37,442 nucleotides of DNA from Bdellovibrionota bacterium FG-2. Its GTDB lineage: Bacteria; Bdellovibrionota; UBA1018. The notes below the pieces were generated by a model. The model did no database searches. It worked only from the letters and a program-made list of their open reading frames with translations, and was not told the origin of the DNA. The position numbers and the translations under genes are program-made. The DNA is taken from NCBI GenBank assembly GCA_051382305.1, contig JBBCAV010000293.1:1-37442 (forward strand), in the 5' to 3' direction. Shown one piece after another: positions 30,715 to 37,442 of the stretch (the stretch's first letter is position 1; each line of letters opens with the position of its first letter).

Positions 30715-30975
30715 CTAGCCTCTTTCGGCGAGTAAAGTCGCCTTTTTGAGTCGATCTAACCCATCCAAAACAAAAACTCGAATAAGCACTTGGTAGGGAA
30801 TGCTCTGTTGAACAGCCACATCTTTAAGTTCTCGAATTGTCGCAGCATCCAAGGCCACGCTTGTGGGTTTTTTGGGAGCCTGGCTATAGCGTTTCATGGC
30901 TGCAAGAATTTTTTCCGCATCGAGCTTGAACGGCTTATCGTATTCTTTGAGAGATTTTACTGATGATTTCTTCAT
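30715..30975 (-). CDS. BrnA/CopG-like RHH antitoxin
   Basis: KKPTSVALD...LKDVAVQQSIPYQVLIRVFVLD. Overlaps the BrnT 3' end. Confidence 0.8.
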   Translation of the reverse strand: MKKSSVKSLKEYDKPFKLDAEKILAAMKRYSQAPKKPTSVALDAATIRELKDVAVQQSIPYQVLIRVFVLDGLDRLKKATLLAERG

Positions 30976-31225
30976 ATTTCGCCCTTTCTTTTCGGTGCGC
31001 TGGCCGAGCACTGATTACTCGGACGTGCCCTTCACGTAAAACAAATGCTACTTGAACCCCCAGGGGGAGTGCCAAGCCAGAGCGGAATACGTCCTCAATC
31101 TCCTCTGTGGCAATGCCATGTTTGTTAAGATTCTTAGATCGGTTGCCGTCATCCCATTCAAACTCAAAGTGAGATGTTTCAAGAATCCAGAAGAGCAACC
31201 ACTCCACAAATTCCCATTGAGCCAT
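30935..31225 (-). CDS. BrnT family toxin, probably internally deleted
   Basis: FEWDDGNRSKNLNKHGI..EEIEDVF and VRVISARPAHRKER are present. The central E.R...G segment appears to be missing (GVQV|AFVLR). Confidence 0.75.
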   Translation of the reverse strand: MAQWEFVEWLLFWILETSHFEFEWDDGNRSKNLNKHGIATEEIEDVFRSGLALPLGVQVAFVLREGHVRVISARPAHRKERAKYEEIISKISQRIR

Positions 31226-31260
31226 GTCACACTATGGTCACACTACGTTGATAGTGTCAA
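31226..31260 (-). promoter_or_regulatory. brnTA promoter with repeated operator
   Basis: The - strand reads TTGACA-N18-CATAGT-N5-ATG. Direct repeat GTCACACTA at 31226-31234 and 31237-31245 overlaps the -10. Confidence 0.6.
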
Positions 31261-31399
31261 TACATAACAAATAGCCCCTTAGCGTAGAATTCAACAGGAA
31301 GCAGATCTAATGCTGCCGGCCCATTAAATGAGAGAGTGGGTCAGTCCAACTTTCGGTACTTTTCTCCCATTCATCCTTTCGTAGTTAGCTTAGGAGCGA

Positions 31400-32239
31400 T
31401 CAAAGTCGCGATAGTTTCGACAGAAAAAAATCTCGACTCCAAAGCTTTCTCAGTTCCGCCGATTTTTCGGTTTTCAGGAACGGTGAAACATCCCTAAAAG
31501 CTTCTGACCAAGAAAGTGATTCAATTTTTTCCGATAGATGATGAACCAGCCAGGAGCGGTCTATTTGGGTGATTTGATCTTTCCAGGGACCCAGTTGCGC
31601 AAGCGCATTTCCAAGAAGAACGTAATTCGGAGAAACGCGTTGCGAGACATACCAACTCAAGTCGTACCAATCCCTTCCCTTGACAAACGGCCGACATAAT
31701 AGTGCGTGAATTTTGCCGGCAAATAAAGATCCGAGGTCATGGGTAGTGGCGGAATAGTCCGTTGGAAAGTCGAGAAATTTAATTTCGCATTTGGCCCCAG
31801 CGGGCGGGTTGGTATCAACTTCTATTTTGATATTTATTTTCTTTTGTAGATCGCTCAAATGCTTGAACACAAGCACTCGCTTAATATTGGTGTCTTTCAA
31901 GAACTGCATTTTCACGTTGCGATCCGGCTTGGGGTTGCCGCTCACCTCCACTTCATAGCCATAGTGCTTCATGAGTTGTGCGCTCTTCTCAAGATAAGGC
32001 CTCAACTCAAGATCAGAGTTAGGTGATAGGAGCGAAAAGTCCAAATCCTCGGAAAAACGATCGAGGCCATAAACTATTCGCAGGCAGGTTCCACCCTGAA
32101 AGGAAGCCTTTTCGAAAAAGCCGCTCTTTGCTAAAGCGTAAAGTGCGACCTCTTGAGTGATTTCTTTGAGCGCGTTTTCTTCTTCTTGGGCGTTTTGCGG
32201 GTTGTAAAATTCCAATTTTTTTTGAATCAAATCCTTCAT
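31400..32239 (-). CDS. AbiEii/AbiGii nucleotidyltransferase toxin (type IV TA)
   Basis: FQGGTCLRIVYGLDRFSEDLDFSL, IKIEVDTNPP, LFAGKIHALLCR...KGRDWYD. Confidence 0.93.
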   Translation of the reverse strand: MKDLIQKKLEFYNPQNAQEEENALKEITQEVALYALAKSGFFEKASFQGGTCLRIVYGLDRFSEDLDFSLLSPNSDLELRPYLEKSAQLMKHYGYEVEVSGNPKPDRNVKMQFLKDTNIKRVLVFKHLSDLQKKINIKIEVDTNPPAGAKCEIKFLDFPTDYSATTHDLGSLFAGKIHALLCRPFVKGRDWYDLSWYVSQRVSPNYVLLGNALAQLGPWKDQITQIDRSWLVHHLSEKIESLSWSEAFRDVSPFLKTEKSAELRKLWSRDFFLSKLSRL

Positions 32240-32896
32240 TTATGCCCTCACTCTCCGGCCTCTCATCAACAAAGCTAACAAGCGTGCGCAGCTTTTTTTT
32301 CGATAAGAGTTCGCCAGAGTTTCAAGCTCCAGAAAGGTATATTTTATAGCAAAGCGCTGAAGTTCAAGGAGATCGATTCGGAGATCGCTTTCCACTTCTT
32401 CGAGAGTTTCGTATACTCGCTTCTTGGCATAAGTGAGATCGAAAAGAGCCTTGATCGGATTCGCCATCAAGAAGGACCCGCTTTTGGTTGCTATACTCTC
32501 AATTCCAAGTCGAAACGCGGCTTCGGGCACTGGGCGATAGGTAAATTCACCAAGCGGTGTGGAGTAGATTTTGTTTTTCATCTGAGGACAGGCTGAAGTC
32601 ACGGCATAAACTCCCTCAGGAATGAGACCATGAAACGACAAGGCGGACTCAAAGGAGACCGCGCTGGGAAAATACAGGCGTGAGGCAACGACATGCAGGG
32701 ATAAGGGCCCCTTTCTTAATTTTTCAGGAAAAACGTAGAGTCCACGCCGGACCTTCAGCAACCGTCCCTGTTTCAATAGTCGGCTCAAAGTACTGTAGAA
32801 GGCGCTAGGACTCAGACCTCGACAGATCAGATGCAGGTCGTCATCGCCAAAGACTTCGCCTGGAATTTTATCTCGTAGCGTATCTAAATGTGTCAT
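32240..32896 (-). CDS. AbiEi-family antitoxin / wHTH regulator
   Basis: LSRLLKQGRLLKVRRGLY, PSAVSFESALSFHGLIPE, ANPIKALFD. Abuts abiEii. Confidence 0.9.
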   Translation of the reverse strand: MTHLDTLRDKIPGEVFGDDDLHLICRGLSPSAFYSTLSRLLKQGRLLKVRRGLYVFPEKLRKGPLSLHVVASRLYFPSAVSFESALSFHGLIPEGVYAVTSACPQMKNKIYSTPLGEFTYRPVPEAAFRLGIESIATKSGSFLMANPIKALFDLTYAKKRVYETLEEVESDLRIDLLELQRFAIKYTFLELETLANSYRKKSCARLLALLMRGRRVRA

Positions 32897-32898
32897 AA

Positions 32899-32967
32899 TT
32901 AGCCAGAAACAGTCTTTTTTAGACTGTTTCTGGCTAAACTATATCATGTTTAGCCAAAATACAGTCT
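32899..32967. promoter_or_regulatory. AbiE autoregulatory operator array
   Basis: TTAGCCAGAAACAGTCT (32899-32915), T5, then the perfect inverted copy (32921-32937), then a third near-copy TTAGCCAAAATACAGTCT (32950-32967). Confidence 0.75.
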
Positions 32968-33503
32968 TAAATCGAATCCGATTCCAAATAAGGATGCTTC
33001 GAAAATACCGTGTGCCACCAATAATAAACATCAAGCCCTAAGAGCCAATGATTGAAACCGATTTTGCGCATTTCTTTGTAGGCCGCCCGAGGTTTCCAGC
33101 CGTCATGATAAACGCGATACAACCCCACCACTAATCCCGTTCGATCCTTGCCCTGTTTGCAGTGAATAAACACGGGATAAAAGCCGGGATCCATCAACGT
33201 CGTAAGAGCAAGCTCCACGGTCTCATCCTTGGGTGCGGTAAACCCTTTCATCGGCGCACTAATGAACTCAATCTCGCGAAGTTTGGCAACCTCGCTCTCA
33301 ACCGCCACGGTTTCATCTGAGCGCAGATTAATGATGGTGCGAACCCCCAGAGACTGAAGCATGTCATAATCGGCCGCAGTCTCGGGCTGGCCCCCCCGAT
33401 AAATTCCAGGTGCTGCCTCTTGAAAGCGGACAATATCGGCAAGACCACTTTGCGAAAAAACCAACACGGCACCTAAAACCAAAAGAATCGAACGCATCAT
33501 CAT
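32967..33503 (-). CDS. Secreted Cys-dependent tyrosine/dual-specificity phosphatase
   Basis: IYRGGQP, GVRTIINLR, P-loop HCKQGKDRTG. Signal peptide begins at MMMRSILL. Confidence 0.88.
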   Translation of the reverse strand: MMMRSILLVLGAVLVFSQSGLADIVRFQEAAPGIYRGGQPETAADYDMLQSLGVRTIINLRSDETVAVESEVAKLREIEFISAPMKGFTAPKDETVELALTTLMDPGFYPVFIHCKQGKDRTGLVVGLYRVYHDGWKPRAAYKEMRKIGFNHWLLGLDVYYWWHTVFSKHPYLESDSI

Positions 33504-33538
33504 ATAATCAAAATCTCCTGCTTTATTTCTACCCCAAG

Positions 33539-36466
33539 TTATCCCAAATTCCCCACGAAACCAAAAACAAACTGTTTCTCGCCAAGGAGCGTCGAGGACA
33601 AACCCCAATCAAATCCAATTCCCACTGTCCAATGTGAACGAAAAAACAAATTCAGATCCTGAAACAAATGGACTCCCGTGCTTACGGGCCAGCGCGAAAA
33701 TCGCTCCTCGCCAGACGAAAAATACTCCCCTGACCCCGTATCCACAAAAAGCTGCATTTTGGCGCGCTCATAAAAGAAGGGCCAAACCCCTAGCCCGCGA
33801 AACACGTCCTTTACGACAAACGTATACTCAAAATTCGCGCTCGCGAGCTCCCGGCCAAACACGACCCCCTGTGGATAACCCCGCAGAAGAAACCCCTCGC
33901 CTTGCGAAAAAGTCCCGTCTCCGCCTGCAATCCAATAATGGGCTGACAAAATCGTATTCGTGGATCGCGCGCCCAAAAGGCGAGCCCGAAAAAAGTCCTG
34001 AGACCCCCAACCTTGTAACCGCTGATCCCAACTTCCCTCGAGCGCCGTAAACTGCTCATCACCGACAAAAACGCCTTCTAATTTCACCGCACCCTTAAAA
34101 CCGCGCACGCCTGATCCCCCGTAAACTGGAGCCGGCGAATTTGGAAACCCCCGAAACTCGCCCACCGAAAACCGAAACTCCAACCCCCCGCTCTCTGCTT
34201 TCTCATTAAAAAAGTGTGACTCGTTCCAATTTCCCCCAAAACCAACCTCAAAAAGACCTAAAGGAAAATTCGCTAATACGTGATTGCCGATAAAACGATT
34301 CGCAAGGTTCAGATATCCCAGGTACCGATCTTCTTGCGCACGAGAAAACAGCAGAGAAGGGTAGCTTCCCTCATAGCCAAATTCGAATCGATAAAGCGGA
34401 AAGTTTGCACGACTATCCCAGCCCGCTTGGAGCGAATACGTGACCTGCTCCAACGCATCCATCCCCGACGTTAAAACACCCAACGACCACCCCTCAGAGA
34501 GGCGCTCTCCATAAGGAACCCAATAGTGCGGCAAAAGAGCGGGGAAAAATGAATCTACGACCATGGGGCGCACCTGGTACTTCTCGGTTTTTGGAACAAT
34601 ACTGGGGGACGGATGCGAAATCTCCACCTGAGCTTGCGCTTCGCGCGCCTCGGATTTAACCTTACTCACCCGCGCCACATCAAAACCCGAAGAGCGATAC
34701 ACGGTGGCATAAAGATCAGAAAATGAAGCGTCTGGCCCTTGAAGAGGAAAAAGTGAGCCACTTTCAAGATGCGTGAGTCGTTGATAGGGGATCGGCTTCC
34801 CTGTCGCCAAAAACTCTTTTAAGCGCGCCGAGGAAACTTGGGCCACATCAAAAACTCCATCATCGGCCACAGAAAACAGAAGATCGCCACTAGTCCTCCA
34901 ACTCGGGGTCACGAAAGGCCGACGAAGGCTCGAGGGGACGCGCGAAAAAAGGGGGCGAATCTCCGCCGTTTTTGAATGAACCAAAATCAAGCGCTCACTG
35001 AATTCATTTTCCTTCAACGTGACGGCAATCCATTCCGAAAAATCTCCCCGTCCCCACGCCGGTGTTGAATACCGCTCATAGGCGTGCCCCTGGAGAAGAT
35101 TTCTTGGCTTACTTTTCCCATCCCACACAACGAGCGCCTGATTCGCGTCCGGCAGGTTTTGGACGTAAACCCACTCGCCGCGCGCGACTCCGGGCGCGTC
35201 AGCCCGCGCACCCCACTTAAAATCCTCGGAGCAATCGGGATCCAGCGCTCTCACCCCAAACGACAATTGAGTTTCCGAGCCCGTGCGCGAATCCCAAGAG
35301 AATAGATCCGAAAAATAGGAATACTGCTGCCAAGGTTCAATTCGAGAGAAAACAAGTTTTCCATCGCATCGTTTTAGCGTCTGCCCTCCTCCATACTTCC
35401 AAAAGGTCTGATCGACATTTCGAGAAGAATCCAAACCTACCACCGAAATCCCCGCCCCGGTTTCCACGGAATCTCGAATATAGGCTAGCTGTTGCTCTCC
35501 TTTTGCGGTCGAAGCCCAGGCTGCGGCGCGGGACATCCCGCCACTTTGAGAGAGAAACCGGACTTCAGAAATAGGACGAGAACGAATTTCACTCAACTGC
35601 TTAGAGAAGCGCTCTTGGGCATCCTCACGCGCTTCTTTCCAAAGCGTCTCCCAATCCTTACTAAAGAGATCGCGCGCCAAAGAATCCAAGAAAAGGGGGG
35701 CGCGACGACCACTTGCATACGCCAAACCCACCGAACTGGGATCGCGATCCAGATAAGACTGCAGCAGGCTACCATAATAATAGGGCGCGTTTTGCGCGGG
35801 CCAACGAGGATCCTCGCCATTGAGTCCATCCACCCCAATGGTACCTAAAGTTCCTGACCCCACCGCTCCCCTGTAGACAGTTTCATAAAAGACAGACTGC
35901 CCTCGACCCAAGCTTCCGTGCCGGCCTTCCTCTACGACCGCAAGCCCCTCCAGCAAAAAAGGCGGCAAAAATCGATTCACTTTTGCTACGCTGCCCATTC
36001 CAAAATGGAACAAGGAAATAAGCCCATGAACCAAATCTTTTTCAACTACGTGCGTTAACTCATGATACGCTAGAGCGCGAACCCAGTTTTGCGCCTCCCC
36101 CTCGGCCGTCGCGGGATTTGGGAGCACGGCCTGAACCACGATTCGATTGAAGGGAAAAACACTGCTTTCATCCTCACTAACATCGCGATCAGCCCTTACG
36201 ACAACTTCAATCTGCCCTTGCGGGGCCCACCGGAGCTCTTCACGCAAAACAGAAAAGGCTTCCTCAAGAAAATCCGCAAAATCTTCGGAAAAAACCCGGC
36301 TTTTTGGATGAGTCAGAACGTGAAAATGGGAAGTCGAAAACGTCAACCAGTCTTGATCCGGAGGAGAACGCCGCAAGGGAAGGGGCGAAATCCCCGTTCC
36401 CTGGGAGGCCATGGGAAATGCCACCCCCAAAAAAGCTAGAAAAATAATTGGTAAAAGTATTTTCAT
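33539..36466 (-). CDS. Zincin-like + beta-propeller + Omp85/BamA-type barrel outer-membrane protein
   Basis: Signal peptide, HELTH...EGLA gluzincin motif, PD40-like blades (SDLFSWD, YSTPAW, VTPSW), Omp85 LRGY motif and terminal beta-strands. Confidence 0.75.
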   Translation of the reverse strand: MKILLPIIFLAFLGVAFPMASQGTGISPLPLRRSPPDQDWLTFSTSHFHVLTHPKSRVFSEDFADFLEEAFSVLREELRWAPQGQIEVVVRADRDVSEDESSVFPFNRIVVQAVLPNPATAEGEAQNWVRALAYHELTHVVEKDLVHGLISLFHFGMGSVAKVNRFLPPFLLEGLAVVEEGRHGSLGRGQSVFYETVYRGAVGSGTLGTIGVDGLNGEDPRWPAQNAPYYYGSLLQSYLDRDPSSVGLAYASGRRAPLFLDSLARDLFSKDWETLWKEAREDAQERFSKQLSEIRSRPISEVRFLSQSGGMSRAAAWASTAKGEQQLAYIRDSVETGAGISVVGLDSSRNVDQTFWKYGGGQTLKRCDGKLVFSRIEPWQQYSYFSDLFSWDSRTGSETQLSFGVRALDPDCSEDFKWGARADAPGVARGEWVYVQNLPDANQALVVWDGKSKPRNLLQGHAYERYSTPAWGRGDFSEWIAVTLKENEFSERLILVHSKTAEIRPLFSRVPSSLRRPFVTPSWRTSGDLLFSVADDGVFDVAQVSSARLKEFLATGKPIPYQRLTHLESGSLFPLQGPDASFSDLYATVYRSSGFDVARVSKVKSEAREAQAQVEISHPSPSIVPKTEKYQVRPMVVDSFFPALLPHYWVPYGERLSEGWSLGVLTSGMDALEQVTYSLQAGWDSRANFPLYRFEFGYEGSYPSLLFSRAQEDRYLGYLNLANRFIGNHVLANFPLGLFEVGFGGNWNESHFFNEKAESGGLEFRFSVGEFRGFPNSPAPVYGGSGVRGFKGAVKLEGVFVGDEQFTALEGSWDQRLQGWGSQDFFRARLLGARSTNTILSAHYWIAGGDGTFSQGEGFLLRGYPQGVVFGRELASANFEYTFVVKDVFRGLGVWPFFYERAKMQLFVDTGSGEYFSSGEERFSRWPVSTGVHLFQDLNLFFRSHWTVGIGFDWGLSSTLLGEKQFVFGFVGNLG

Positions 36467-36537
36467 TTCAATTCTGCTAAACTTGTTGCATAAGAAGAGA
36501 ATAAGTTAACTTTCGATAATCTTCGAGGAGGAATTTC

Positions 36538-37035
36538 ATGAGTAAAATGAGCGCGATCATTCGCCGTCTAGCATTAGTAATCGCCGTCGCAACGATGGTT
36601 TCCGCAGTCAGCTGCGCAAAAAAAGCCAAAGAAGACGAAGGTGCCGTTCCCGGCGCTGGTGACGAAAACACTTTAGGGGATTCTGATTCTGGCAAAGCCA
36701 TGGGAATGAAGTCCATTCACTTTGGTTATGACGCTTATTCACTCGACAGTGAAGCCAAATCCATCCTGAAAGCAAATGCTGAGATCTTGAAAGCCAAGTC
36801 GGGCGTCAAGATTCAGGTTGAAGGGCATTGCGACTCTCGCGGTGGAATTCAATACAACATCGCTCTGGGCGATAAACGCGCCAACGCAACAAAGAAATTC
36901 CTTCAGGACTTGGGCGTCAGTGCTGATCGCATTACCACCATCAGCTACGGTAAAGAGCGCCCTGTCGATCCAGGAACATCCGAAGAAGCCTACGGCAAAA
37001 ATCGCCGGGCTAACTTCGCGATTACTTCAAAGTAA
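36538..37035 (+). CDS. pal: Peptidoglycan-associated lipoprotein
   Basis: Lipobox VSC, IHFGYDAYSL, VEGHCDSRG..YNIALGDKRA, ISYGKERP, KNRRA. RBS GAGGAGG. Confidence 0.93.
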   Translation: MSKMSAIIRRLALVIAVATMVSAVSCAKKAKEDEGAVPGAGDENTLGDSDSGKAMGMKSIHFGYDAYSLDSEAKSILKANAEILKAKSGVKIQVEGHCDSRGGIQYNIALGDKRANATKKFLQDLGVSADRITTISYGKERPVDPGTSEEAYGKNRRANFAITSK

Positions 37036-37091
37036 GACATTAGCTTAGGGCACTGATGGCGATGAGTCACGGCCTCAAGCACGAAACATCT

Positions 37092-37136
37092 AAACAAACG
37101 GGAGGGGGGCAAATGTCTCTTTCACGTTTGTTTTTT
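37092..37136 (+). terminator. Terminator-like hairpin overlapping the SD and start codon of the DUF4398 gene
   Basis: 37092-37110 pairs with 37115-37133 (18 pairs including 4 G.U, plus one G-A mismatch). A T6 tract runs 37131-37136. Confidence 0.55.
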
Positions 37137-37442
37137 ATTGTGGCCTTCACTGGGGCTGGGTTCTTGACCGGATCGTGCTCGATTCTCACCACCCGCCCCG
37201 TCCAAGAAATGTCAGACACCACCGCCGCCCTTCGAGCCGCTCGCGAGGTGCAAGCCGACGTCTTAGCTCCTGAGCTCTATCGAGAAGCCAGCGAATGGTT
37301 CTTTAAGGCTAGGCGCGAATACAAATTCAAGAATTTCAATCTCGCCGAAGAATACGCAAAGAATGCCCGAGAGCTAGCAGAACAGGCTGAATTTGAATCT
37401 TTGCGAGCCGGCGCCAATCGCACGGAGCTCAATATTTCAGAC
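37113..37442 (+). CDS. DUF4398-like lipoprotein, 3'-partial
   Basis: MSLSRLFFIVAFTGAGFLTGSC...RPVQEMSDTTAALRAAREVQADVLAPELYREA...AEQAEF. Runs off the window and is not in the ORF track. Confidence 0.8.
   Translation, partial: MSLSRLFFIVAFTGAGFLTGSCSILTTRPVQEMSDTTAALRAAREVQADVLAPELYREASEWFFKARREYKFKNFNLAEEYAKNARELAEQAEFESLRAGANRTELNISD

Overview
This is a bacterial chromosome segment. Gene content and an RxPAS C-terminal motif suggest Bdellovibrionota/Oligoflexia, which is an inference. Intact core and envelope genes include a TPR lipoprotein, a PhaR-like regulator, groES/groEL, a TrmN6-like methyltransferase, pdxH, a PD40-M28-PDZ peptidase, tRNA-Phe, a zincin/propeller/Omp85 protein, pal and DUF4398. 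These alternate with accessory stretches. The window opens in the right end of a probable IS66-like element carrying DUF4338. The most notable intact accessory genes are two multiheme cytochromes. One is a lipoprotein with about 26 heme sites in 13 two-heme repeats, several with non-canonical CX3CH/CX7CH motifs, and it is translationally coupled to a B12-binding radical SAM enzyme. The other is an 11-heme periplasmic cytochrome about 4.5 kb away. A second pattern is gene decay: roughly ten accessory genes carry apparent internal deletions, frameshifts or Gln-to-stop changes, while core genes are clean. Downstream of tRNA-Phe is an eroded toxin-antitoxin cluster (DUF4160/DUF2442 remnant, BrnTA, intact AbiE with a triple operator). 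Family assignments come from motif recognition, not database searches.
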